Source of the DNA: Octopus bimaculoides
Lineage: Eukaryota
Assembly (NCBI RefSeq): GCF_001194135.2
Contig: NC_068982.1
Location: forward strand, 66,084,041-66,148,040
Length of the DNA: 64,000 bases
Direction: 5' to 3'
Shown here: positions 1 through 59,100 of the stretch, in pieces
Numbering within the stretch: the first letter of the stretch is position 1
How the letters are laid out: every line of letters starts with the position of its first letter
Made by a program: the position numbers and the translations under genes
Notes under the pieces: model-generated
Told to the model about the DNA's origin: nothing
What the model saw: the letters and a program-made list of their open reading frames with translations, nothing else
Database searches by the model: none

Positions 1-1
1 G

Positions 2-96
2 GTAAAGAATACGCACACTACCCGTTTTCGGCGTAACAAAAACCCTACCCTAAATCCTAACTTTGACCCTAAACACCAGGTGTGCGTATTCTTTAC
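2..96. repeat. Short foldback/MITE-like element with 17-bp perfect inverted repeats
   Basis: gtaaagaatacgcacac (2-18) is the exact reverse complement of 80-96; the spacer has CCCTAA-like units. Confidence 0.6.
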
Positions 97-103
97 TTTT
101 GCC

Positions 104-144
<41 letters not shown>

Positions 145-201
145 NNNNNNNNNNGCTGATAGTTAGCAAGGTGAGACACACATAAGAAAGAAGGAAACAA
201 A

Positions 202-246
202 GGACCACTGATGAGGTCACAGAAGTGTGACGAAAGAACTCTGGCC
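202..246 (+). ncRNA. Degenerate minimal type I hammerhead ribozyme motif (Penelope-like)
   Basis: GGACCA-CUGAUGA-G-GUCAC(agaagu)GUGAC-GAAA-GAAC-UC-UGGCC: intact core, 5-bp stem II, CUC triplet, stem I with one mismatch. Confidence 0.55.
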
Positions 247-539
247 GAAATAAGATTAAGATTAATGTAATATAAAGCTGAAGCAAATTAACACCAAATA
301 TACAGTGCGTGTGTTTTTATTGACTAAACTGGCAATATGACCATCCCCAAGTACAACTAAACATGAGAACATTGATCATCTAATATGATGTTAGACGCAC
401 AACACACATTGCGTCTGTCAAGACGTGTTGTCAGGTAATAGCCCAGTGGCCTAATATAATTTGACAGTTTTTTCACCCTTGTACTGTGTTCTAGAGTAAG
501 TGATCAACAAGATATTAATATTTAAAGATCACCTACTTT

Positions 540-893
540 ATCCAATATTGATTTCAAATTTTGGCACAAGACCAGCAATTCCGTTGGGAGAGGGAGTAAG
601 TTGATTACATTGACCCAATGTTCAACTGGTACTTATTTTGTCGACTCCGAAAGGATGAAAAGCGAAGTCAACATTGGCGGAATTTTGACTCAGAATGGTA
701 TCGCTTAGCATTTTGTCCTGAGTGCCAGCTTTCCACCTTGATACTTTGTCTAATATTGATTTCAGATTTTGGCACAAGGCCAGCAGTTTTGGGGAAGGGA
801 AAAAGTCGATTTCATCTACTCCAGTATTTCACTGGTACTTATTTTATCGACCCCGAAAGGATGAAAGGCAAAGTCGACCTCGGTGAAATTTGA
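540..893 (-). mobile_element. Two partial tRNA-derived SINE copies (family with gaggtcgactttgcctttcatcc body)
   Basis: Reverse-strand matches to the TSD-flanked copy at 26857-27086. Confidence 0.7.
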
Positions 894-1864
894 ACACAAA
901 TTTACCACTAAAGTATTGGTTCTCACTCACTGGACCAACAAAATGCAAAATCTTGTTTGAAATTTCTCTCTTCTTCTCNNNNNNNNNNNNNNNNNNNNNN
1001 NNNNNNNNNNNNNNNNNNNNNNNNNNNNNNNNNNNNNNNNNNNNNNNNNNNNNNNNNNNNNNNNNNNNNNNNNNNNNNNNNNNNNNNNNNNNNNNNNCCC
1101 CCGCCTCTTTCTCTCTCTCTTTCCTTTTCTCTTTTCCCCGTTCTCGTTTACTCTTATCCTCTCTTTTCCCCCTTTTCGTTTCCTCTTTCTCTTTTCCTCT
1201 CCCTCTTCTCACTCTCTCTCTCTCTTGCGCGTCCTTTTCTTTTAATACTTTTCTCTTCTTTCCTGCTGTCATTTTTTGCTTTTATTTCCTTTTAAACATA
1301 CTATCAATAAATTATGTGTACATACGTACATGCATGCATGTATGTTTTTTTTTTTTTCTTACATATCTGAAAGATTTTCCTTTAAAATGGGTGTGAATGT
1401 GTTGTTGCAAGTACATACACGTAACATTCTCAATAAAATCTTGGTTCCTACATGATGTATTACAAATTTATAGAAATAAGTACAGTGTAGGTTAATATGT
1501 TGTGTGTTGCTAGCAGGAGATTTTGCTGTTTGCCCCAGTTAATATCAAGTGATGCACTTTTTCACTGAATCACTATCCTTCTGCGTAGAATTGTACTATA
1601 TCCTGCTTTTAAGCCTATCTTTATCTCTAACAGTGTCCTTGATGAAGTGTAAACATTTTTTTCTTTTATTTGATCTTTCTCACATCATCTACATTTTAAT
1701 ATTTGTTCTTTTTCTAGGCTGGTATAGATTGGACTGGTATATTATACTCTAGCTTTCCAAGAATCTCCATCTTGTGTTATCATTTAAGGCATTATCAGAT
1801 GTAACCACTTCTCAAAGTCCTCCTTGGCCTATATTTGCCAGAGGTGATCCTCTACTATCAATTC

Positions 1865-2670
1865 ATTTTTCTAAATACAATCTCTCCAATATAATTGCTA
1901 CAGATGAGACTGCAGTATTTATGGGCCAAGGATCTAAAACAACAATTGAACAGACAAGTGCCTCATCAATATGGGTTGATTTAACTATGCCACTTGTTTT
2001 ACATGGTTCTCAAAGAGGTCTTTTAGCCTGGGATTCGGCCAGTACTCATCGTGTAAAAGATATGAAAACCTTTCTTTCTGGAAGAAGAATTGACCACTTA
2101 ATGATTCCCTCAGGAATGACTTCATATCTACAAACATTAGATCTTGTAATAAACAAGCCCTTCAAGGATTATTTGCAGATGGAAGTGAATGAATATATCA
2201 AACATAGAATGGAGAGAAATCAGTGTGGAAACTTTGTCAAACCCAACCTCCAAGAAGAAGTGAATTGGGTGAAGAATTCATAGAATAAAATTACTGACAG
2301 TTGTGTTGCCTATGCACTATGAGCAGGGTACTTGGACAAAAAAGTGTTCATTTAAGGAAAGTTATATTGCCAAACATGAGAGATTGGGGTCCATGATTCT
2401 ACAGGAAATGGAATTGCAAGAAATCCAGTCTGAAGTTTGGGGTTTAATGATTTATAACGATGTTCCAGAAGAGGACGAAATGTTTGTACTTGACTAAAAA
2501 CAATAAGCAAATAAACAAACTTTTGATAACTAAAAACATGAGTTTCCTTTTTACAATTTTTTCCTTTTATACGAGGACATGAGACTTTTTTGTCTTTCTT
2601 GGATTTTTTTCTGCAAAAATATAAGACATCCCCCCGCCCCAAAATAAGCCCCAGTGGTATAATTGTGCAG
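1865..2670 (+). mobile_element. Internally deleted pogo-like (DDE_1) transposase remnant
   Basis: NIIATDETAVF ... GLLAWDSASTHR ... MIPSGMTSYLQTLDLVINKPFKDY; stops and frameshifts follow. Confidence 0.85.
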
Positions 2671-2912
2671 TAGATGTGTCCATATATATATATACTTTCA
2701 ACTATGTTACCCTCAAATACCTTTCTCCAACAAAGGGTCTTGTTCAAGCTGTTAGAATACTCTTCTCCTCATGATTGTATGTGTATGACCATGTATATGT
2801 GAGACTTGCTCTTTCTGTTTTCTGTAAAACAACTGAGCTAAGTTATTATTGTTAATTCAGTTCAAAATGGACAGATTTCTTCAACCCTCCGAACTTTGAC
2901 GTTGAGCAAGCT

Positions 2913-3189
2913 TTGACAACTGCTTCACACATTTACAACATTGACAACTGCTTCACACACTTACAGCATTGACAACTGCTTCACACACTTACAACATTGA
3001 CAACTGCTTCACACACTTACAACATTGACAACTGCTTCACACACTTACAACATTGACAACTGCTTCACACACTTACAACATTGACAACTGCTTCACACAT
3101 TTACAACATGGACAACTGCTTCACACATTTACAACATGGACAACTGCTTCACACATTTACAACATGGACAACTGCTTCACACATTTACA
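2913..3189. repeat. 28-bp tandem minisatellite, about 10 copies
   Basis: Unit ttgacaactgcttcacaca(c/t)ttacaaca repeated head-to-tail without spacers. Confidence 0.95.
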
Positions 3190-3250
3190 TTTTTCATGAT
3201 CAACAAGGTACCAGAAATTTCAAATCCACAATCTTAGCTGTACATTATCA

Positions 3251-4125
3251 GTTGAGGCAAATACATTTAATGTGGCTTTGGTGGTTACTCCTTCCCAGGG
3301 TCAGCCTTAGCTCTCTTTTCACATTAACATAACATAAATGGAAGACAATGTCCTGTTATTGAAAAAGAAGTAGCAGTTATTATCAAAAGTCTATATTTAT
3401 GGAAACAATTTATCCTACTGACTACTCACCAATCAATATCATTTATGTTTCTGCCTTCAACTAAATCCACGATAAAGAATGATATGACTGCCCACAATGA
3501 GCAAGACTATATTGTTTTACAATGTTAATCAATCTTGTCCTGGAAGAGATAATATCTCTGCAGATTCTCTCACAGAGATCCAGTGCTGTAGATTACTTCC
3601 TGATATATTCACACTTTGTTACTCTGGGGAACAACATGTATTCTATCAAAACAAATACTCTTTCCTTTTTATTGACAATCTCAACCAAATCTGCAATTTT
3701 ATGTTTGGAAAATTTGATCAAGGCTACACAGCTATTCAAACAACTGAGTTTGGGCTTTATCAGTCCAAAACATTCATCTACTTATAGATTTATTGGCAAT
3801 CATCAGTGATACATATTTGCATATACCATAATGGACAGCTTTGGCTTCTTTAGCTTTAATTCACTTTGAACAAGGGGCTTAATTTATGAGCCATAAATTA
3901 GCTACTTTTCTCACTCAACATAAAATTGCAAGAGACTAAAACCACCTCCCATTGGCCTGGCGGGAATGGAGAAGGTGAGAGGTTTCATTAGGTGTTTTTG
4001 AAAGTCTGTACACTGATTTCCAGCTAGCAAGAATCTACCATAATCAAACTGGGAGAAGTTCTACCAAAGATTCCACCTCACCAAGCCACTTGTTATTGAC
4101 ATGTACCAGTCACCCTTACCATTTA
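3251..4125 (+). mobile_element. Heavily decayed Ty3/Gypsy pol fragment (RNase H to integrase)
   Basis: Across frameshifts: VEANTFNVALVVTPSQGQP (cf. VETDAS...), IEKEVAVII, KSTIKND, PGRDNISADSL, LIKATQLFKQLSLGF (cf. LIKATQPFERLSIDF), IHFEQGA*FMSHKL, KTTSHWPGGNGEGERF. Confidence 0.75.
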
Positions 4126-4489
4126 TCCATCTCTATTACTATCCATCCTTCTCTCACCCCCTCTACCACCCTCTCACTCCCTTCACCTGTACATCCTGAT
4201 TCTTTTGTTAATGCTCTCTACATTTTACCTTTTCAGCCACATGGCCATGAGCAAATAAACTCATCATTGAGGGTGAGGACTTTAATCTTATGGAGTACAA
4301 GGCAGCCCTACCAATGTTGGTGCCATGATAAAATGTACTCAGTTGTGAATGAACAATGAAACAAGTGATATCAAGAGAACTCTTAATCTTGTCAAGGACA
4401 TGACAACCTCTTGAGTCCTGGTCCACAATAAGATGCACCCAGTACACTATATAAAGTAGTTGGTGAGAGGAAGGGCATCTAGCTGTAGC

Positions 4490-4798
4490 TCATTAGCAAG
4501 TGTCTTCTATAGTCCAGGGCTGACCCAAGTCTTGTGAATGGATTTGGTAAATGAAAATTGAAAGAAGTATGTGTGTGTGTGTGTGTGTGAGCGACAGAGA
4601 GAATGTTTGTATGTACTCTTGTCTTGATCTATCATACATGCAATGCTGTACATTTCCAGTCTTCCATGAAAAATATGTTTGGGCATTGGTAAATTATCTT
4701 CTTGGCAGCAAGAAGGACATCCAGCTATAGAAAATCTACCTCAACAAATTCTGATACATGCCAGCATGGAAAAGTGCACATTGAATGTGATGATGATA
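4490..4798 (+). mobile_element. 5'-truncated CORE-like SINE with (TGA)n-type tail
   Basis: gcaagtgtcttcta..gatttggta body, (GT)n, tail ending catgccagcatggaaaag..gatgatgat. Confidence 0.6.
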
Positions 4799-5431
4799 GT
4801 CAGGATATAGTGTCTGCAATTTTTGTATTAGTTCAGTATAAATGTTTTCTATTCCTTAAGTTAACAGCTGCTGGACAACTGGCTTCTACTGTTCTTATAT
4901 ATTTTTTTTTGTTTGTCCCAGCTTATATATAGTTTGTTATGCTTATGTTTTACAGAAATTTTGGCAGGAACATTCCAACTGTATTCTTTCATTTTATGAA
5001 TACCCCCACCCCCACCTATACACACACATCACTGTGATATATATTTATATCTTTAGGACTATACTTGCCTGGTATTTTGACCACTATGTCATGCCTCATA
5101 AGTAGATAGTGTTATGTTGGCATATTCAAATAGTTGCATAAGATCTCACATCTTGGTGTTTTACTTTCACCACTATCCCTTTTTGTGCATCAGGTATTTT
5201 GTTGATATTTCCTGTTCCTGAACTGCAAAAGTATAACTGTTGAAAGTGGGAGCTGTTAGTCCAAGAAAGACTACTCTGATTATATATGTTACTGAAGTTT
5301 TCTTACATAGCCATGTATGTATGGTGTATTTATGAAACCGTTGATATTTGTAATATTTGTTTTGTTTTCATTATTCTATCATTATATTTATGTATTTCTT
5401 TTCAGGTTTGCTCATTTCATAAACTGTTGTG

Positions 5432-52274
<46,843 letters not shown>

Positions 52275-52318
52275 TATTTTCCAAGATGTATAAAGTTGTA
52301 CCATAAAGGACATTGCTA

Positions 52319-53283
52319 AATAAATTTGTTTTTTTAACAGATAACCCAACACCATCCATTACAAGTTTCAATTTTCTCTAAAAATGCACAGAAAGCAATA
52401 ATCATCTGATCTCAAAGAGTGTTCTAAGACTTTGTCCATATTCCTTGTGCTAACGAACCTCTAAATTTGATCATCACAGTATTTCAGCTGCCATTCCAAA
52501 CCGATGTTAAAAGTGATGTGGTATATAGACTTATTTGGCACTGGAATATTACCAGTATTCATCTTTTTACTACAATCAGAAACCATCCAATTTCCTGTCA
52601 TTTTTTACTTTGCTTTGGTTGTTGATAGATGAATTTATTTCATTTTTTTTTTTTTTTTTTTTAGAGAATTATTGAAATTAACAAAAATTTTACAATTGAA
52701 AGTAAAGTTAATTTTTGAACAAATATAAATTTATATANNNNNNNNNNNNNNNNNNNNNNNNATATATATATATATAATTTTTGAATTACTATCTGTAAAG
52801 ATTCTGAAATATTTTGTTTGCAAAGTCATCTCATGAGTACAAAACAAAGAAGGTCAAAATGAACGAAAAATGTGTAGACAAATTTCATGGGCACTGCGTA
52901 TGTATTCTTCATAAGTTGACCTCATTAGAAAGCTTAGACCAGGACAAATATTGTCATCAATGGTGTATTTAAACCTTTTAAATATTTAGCCAAACCATAA
53001 ACCCTGTTTTTAGTAGTTTCCAATGAAACATAATTACTTTTGTATATTTTCCAAACATTGGGCTGTGGTCATGCTGGAGCATCATTTTCAAGGGTTTAGT
53101 CAATCATATTGACCTCAGTATTTATTTCAGTCTGGTACTTATTTTATGAATCCCTATTTGTTGAATTACACAACATAAATACACTCACATACTTGGATGC
53201 AGAAAGAGAGGATTTCTCTACAACACACTATACACTTACATCTATGCAATAGAATATATTACTCTTTAATATTGTGTAATAAA
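52319..53283 (+). terminator. Candidate polyadenylation signals for CPT1
   Basis: AATAAA at 52319-52324 followed by a T-rich tract, and AATAAA at 53278-53283. The hexamer is common in this AT-rich DNA, so use cannot be shown from sequence. Confidence 0.25.
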
Positions 53284-54484
53284 TACTTACAGTAAATTTG
53301 ATATGTGGATACAATTCTGAAATAGTACTCTAGTGTAATTTTCATGCTAGTATATATATTTTACACTGCAATCTAAATAGGCAGCAAGCTGGCAGAATCA
53401 TTAGCATCATTTCTTCTGGCTCTTTATGTTCTGAATTCAAATCCTGCTGAGGTCAACTTTGCCATTCATCTCTTCAAAGTCAATATATTAAGTACTAGTC
53501 AAGTATTGAGGTCAATATAATCAACTTTCTCCACTACCCTCAAAATTGCTACCCTTGAACTCTGCAACAGATTGGCATGCCATTCCAGAGTAATGTTGTG
53601 ATCTCAATCACTTATATACCATGGAAATTGGGTAACCAGCGTTATGAGTCCCTAGAGCTCAAGAAAAAAATGTAAGTACAATATAGAATTGCTCTTAGTT
53701 ATAATAGATTTTATATTAATTATTTATCCCCAATCAATAATTGAAAAACGAACTTTTTAGTTATTGTCTATTCTGCCTTATACAAATGTTCAAATATTAT
53801 TCTATTGGGACCAGATATATTCTAAAAATTCATTCAAATGCTATAGTTGACATTTGACTAGAACAGAGCTCCAACATGGATCAGATAATTTTATTTTCTA
53901 ACAGCATAATGTACACCTGTGTTATGATCTTAAGAATATAACATGTCAAGAGTAAGCATTAATTGTTACAGCTAGATTTGTTAATCACCCTAATGATACA
54001 TGTTTTCCTTCGAGGAACTTCTATCACAACAAATGCCATTCTGTTATTTACTTCTAACCTGCCTTAGCTTTCCATTTTTCCAAAACTTTGTCAGAACTGT
54101 GTCAGGAATCTTTCCCATTATGTTGACTTAATTCCTTAGTGCCAAATTACTTCTATATGGATGACTATGAAGTACAATTATTCTTCCTAACATCTTTGAT
54201 GTTAGTAAGGCCAAGTAAGTGATTAAATGCTATCTAGGTCTAGATATGCTTTTTCTTTTTAAATGGTTATGAATTAAATACCAGACAACAAAATACAGGA
54301 GTAAATAAATTTGACTAAAACCCCTTAAATAGAATGTTGCCCCATCATAGCAACAGTCCCAATAACTGAAGCTAGTAAAACTTAAACAAAAAGGAAATGA
54401 ATAAAAGAAAATAATGATTTTAATTTCTGTTTTTAGAAATTTTAATTTCTGGGATTTATGAGTGTGATTTTACAAGCACATGTA

Positions 54485-54516
<32 letters not shown>

Positions 54517-54573
54517 GTACTGTTCTGTGATGGTAAGGTCAACAAAAAAATTACTCCATCTGGTGAGAGATAA

Positions 54574-55137
54574 ATATTAATTTAATAAACACAATACATG
54601 TTTTTATGTGCTGCTGATAGTTTCATGTGTTGAGAAATACCTCAAACATATTCATCAGGCACACACCACATATCATAATGAACTAAAAATTGAATGAGGG
54701 AAGAAACGCAAAAAGGTGAGAAGGAAACATAGAAAACATAGAAGGTTAAAAAAGCGGAAAACGAAAAAGTAAAAAAGGGTAAGATATCAACAAGTTAATC
54801 AGGTATAGGCAAAATTTTCCAATTTTCCAAAATGTACTTAGACACATGTTAACAACTACTGAAAATTTCAGACCTATACCTGATTAACTTGATATCTTTC
54901 CAACCTTATAATTTAAGATCTAAAGAAAATAACTATTTTACCTTTTTTTACTTTTGTATTTTCCATTTTTCATTTTCCATTTTTTAACCTTCTACATTTT
55001 CTATATGCTTCCTTTTTGTGTTTCTTCTCTCATTCAATTTTTAGTTTGTTATGATATGTGGTTTGTGCCTGATGAATATGTTTGAGGCATTTCTCCAAAT
55101 TGTTAGTATCACATAAAAGCATGTATTGTGCCTATTA

Positions 55138-55145
<8 letters not shown>
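54574..55145. repeat. Large foldback (about 240-270 bp arms); each arm carries a degenerate hammerhead core
   Basis: 54574-54809 vs reverse complement of 54873-55145; inner stem aagttaatcaggtatagg/cctatacctgattaactt; CTGATGA core in both arms. Confidence 0.85.
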
Positions 55146-55179
<34 letters not shown>

Positions 55180-55893
55180 GTTCAGAATACCTGATGATAA
55201 ATAGTTTCAGAGAGCAATGTATTTTACATTACGTTTTATAGAGATACTCTGCTTGGTTTTCTCTGTCATATTATTTTATATTTTATGTACATACATTTTA
55301 AATATTTGTTCGTTCTTTTAACATCCATTTTTCCCATGCCAACATGGGTTTGGACAGGGAGTTAGTTACTTTAAGTAGGATTTTATGGCCAGTTGCTAAC
55401 CCTTACTGTCTTTCAAGTAAGGAATTTCTTTATTTCATAGCTTTCCAAAAAGTGCAGAGCAACTCATTATAATGTCAATATCAGCACTGCTTCATTCAAG
55501 TAGCAACAAGCATGGAACATAGACAGTCACACACACACATAAGTATACATGAGTGTCATCATCATCACCATTTTAATGTTCATTTTTCCATGTTTGTATG
55601 GGTCAAACAGGATTTGTTGTTAATTTTCTATGGCAGGATGCTCTTCTTGTCACATACACTCACTGGTTTCAAAGGTAAATATTTCTCCATGGCCAGACAT
55701 GTTTTCAAGGAACATTGAAAATTAATGTATGACAGTGACACTTGTTTACAACTGTCACATGATGTCAAGACAAGGAGATACCAACTCACACACACAGAGT
55801 GGGTTTCTTTCAGTTTTCATCATCTGCCTCATTCACTCACAAGGCTTTGGTCAGCCCCAGCATATACTAGAAGACACTTCACTCTGGTGTGTG

Positions 55894-55979
<86 letters not shown>

Positions 55980-56004
55980 TATATATATGTAGTAATAATA
56001 ATCC

Positions 56005-56176
56005 ATGGATGGAATTTATAAATATTTTAATGCATTGTTATGTGTGTTTCCACAAATCACATGTTTCATAAGATCATAGTCCATATTCCCAGGAGTATGG
56101 AGTATGATCTTAAGAAACATGTGATTTATGGAAATGTGCATAGTGATGCATTTAAATATTTATAAATTCTACCCAT
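56005..56176. repeat. Palindrome/hairpin with 85-bp arms and no real loop
   Basis: 56005-56089 vs reverse complement of 56092-56176: 71/85 identical. Confidence 0.9.
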
Positions 56177-59100
56177 TTATTATTATTATTATTATTATTA
56201 TTGTTATTGTTATTGTTATTATTATTATTATTACTTCTCCTTTATTTATCCTAGCTCAGTGTGACCCCACAAAACTGGTATTGCCAGTTGGTATTATTAG
56301 GCTGTAGCTGGCATAATAAAATAGGAGTTTTTATATGCATATTCAAAACATTTCCTGTAAATGAACTTAAAGGATATATATAATCATCATCATCAACTTC
56401 CTGCAGTTTTCAAATTCTGTCACATGACATTGGTTGACCAATGGCTCTAGTAAAAGACACTTACCCAAAGTGCTGTATGGTAGGACCAAATCTAAAACCA
56501 TGTAGTTGCAAAGCAAACTGCTTGATCACACAACCATACCTCTATCTCCTTCCTAATGCAATAAAGTTACTGGGAAAGAATTTCCCTAGTTTGTAGAACT
56601 AAATATGTGAGAAAATAATTTTTTGCTGGTGGAATAGTCTATTGAAAACTTCATTGATCTCGAGAAATGTAGAGTAACAATTTTGTTGAGAAATATCATG
56701 TAACTGTAACAACTTGTGATTAACTGTTGTGGAGTTAGATATTCTAACTCTGATAAAAGCTGACAGAATAGCTAAAGAGCAGTTCTTGTGAGTTACGCTG
56801 ATCTTACTAAAATCTTTTAGACTAACTTCAGTAGTCAGTTGTTATAAATATTGTTTATATTTATGTAATGTCAATATCAGTATAATTGTAGCTGTTACTC
56901 AAGATTTTGTTGTTGTTATTAATATGACTGAAGTAAATTGTGATAGTTGTCAGGATCAGTGGAATGACAGACAAAATACCTTGTGGTATTTAGTTACAGC
57001 CCTTTATATTTTGAGTTCAAATTCTTCCAAGTTCAACTTGACATGTCATAAATGAAATGGAGTATCCCTCAAAAATTGGGATCAATCTTAATGAACAACT
57101 ATGTCTTTCCCCAAAATAATGTGGTCTAGTGTTAATGCTAGAATTCAGCAATATTTTTGTGAATAGGGCAGCAGAAATGACCAGGATAGTACAGTCCTGG
57201 ACTAAATATGTTAGAGTATTTAGTTTCATGCTTAGTCGTTCCAGATTCAAATCCTGTTAAAGTCGACTTTACTATCTTTTACAAACCAACTTTGGTTTTC
57301 ATTTCACCTGAGTTGAAAAAATAAATAGCAGCAAGATAAGCATGAACACCATCTTTTTCAACAAGAATCTGTATTATTTCAATGATTTGGAAACTATTTA
57401 AAATTTGTTAATTCCTTTTTTTGTCTGAATTTTTACCATTGTTGAATTTGCAACTTCATGTCTTACCATTTTTATGTCTTTCTAGTCTGTTAGATCTGTT
57501 TCCTATTATCTCCTCTCCCTCTCTAAACTTTATTCTGGTTGGAAAAATTGATTTTGTGATATGTTATAAATAGCTATTGGGTATGGTATTTTGAAAGAAA
57601 TATTTTTGTTTTCTTTGTTATCCTTGTAAAACATTTCTGTGACATAACTATTTTCAGTCAATTATGACTTCATATATAAAATATATTGTAAGTGGTTTCA
57701 CAAACAAAACTGAGAGTACTCAATATGTTGGGTACAACAGATACCTTTATTATGATATTGTAGATTAATGCTAAGATGCCATCTTAAAGATGGTATGTTG
57801 AAAGATATTTACAAAAAAAAAATTGTACTCAACCAATTAAAAAATTCTTTCTTGCCCAGTCTGAGTTCATATTTACATATTCTTATCTATAAAGATGTGT
57901 GTATATATATGCACATATGTATATATATATTTGTGTGGTGTACCTACATATACGTACATGTGTGTGTATGTATGTATGTATATATATATATATGTTTGTT
58001 TTATGTGCATATAATTATATCAAGAGCTGTGTAGTGATTGTGTGTATATCTATTAGTTTCACCTTCGAATGTAATTTTATTTTTTATGCTCCTATTCCTT
58101 TTTTCTCTCCATCTCTCCCTTTCTTTTATACAAAAACACATTCTCTCTTTCTCTCACCATATATATATATATATATATTGTTGAAATGTGCAAAAAACAA
58201 ATTATTTGTATCTCAGATATTTCATGACATGTGCTTCAATGAAAACCAATTAGAGATCATTTCATCTATTATTGCTATACTATAATCCAAGTCCTTCTTC
58301 AATGCTGCTTTATAGACAACATTATATGAGAATAAGCGTTTAGTATAGGTGAAACTTGAACCCTAATCCCTATGGTAACATATTGTGCATTTCAGCACAT
58401 CAATATATATATATATATATTGCGGAGATGTATTTGCATAGCAAGTGACCTGATCTGAGATCGTGTGCTGGAACGAAAACAATTGCAGCGTGGAAGGTGT
58501 TTATAAGCCATTTAAAATAACACACAAAAACCGTTAGATTCACTTCAACATTTAAATTTAATTTGTCAAAATATTTTCGTCACTACTGGCTAAGTGAGCA
58601 GGCCAACATTATTATTATGCATATATTCAATGAAGAATTAAGTCAATTTAAGTTTTCTTTGAGTTTTACATTTTACTTATATTCTCTTAAGACGTTTATA
58701 CAAAATCTAATTCCTACAACCCATCCACATCTATTTTAATTTCCATCTCAGAATGGAAATTCTTTTCCTGGTTTCTTCACTGAATACTTGAAAATTTCTT
58801 TTTCTTTCCTTTTTTCAATTTACTTGTTATAACAAAAAAAAAATTTGTTTTTCTGATTTTATCATACATACATACATTTTTGTATCAAGCCTGGTATTAC
58901 ATAGAAGGTTAAAAGCCATTCCTCACCTTTACTTGGATGTTAATGATAAATATAATTATTGTTTGTCATTTCCTTTCTATGTTTTCAAACCTGGCACTTA
59001 AATTTTTAAGCAATTCATTGGTTATCTCATTTTACTGATTGAGGTTATTAATTTAAAGAAAGGGCAGTGAAGAGCAGAATCTATGAAATAATGGACAGAA

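Noticed and set aside
844-1396. Long ORFs on both strands (142-168 aa)
   Set aside because: They span an N-gap and CT-rich low-complexity sequence; these are translation artefacts.
1640-1855. Possible Penelope RT remnant on the minus strand (GSPLANI ... NVDDV)
   Set aside because: Only two short motifs in different frames with no other support.
2913-3189. CRISPR-like array
   Set aside because: Units are contiguous with no unique spacers, the context is eukaryotic, and there are no cas genes.
1-5405. CPT1 promoter or first non-coding exon
   Set aside because: An upstream exon is implied by the acceptor at 5405, but no candidate can be supported from sequence alone; it may lie outside the window.
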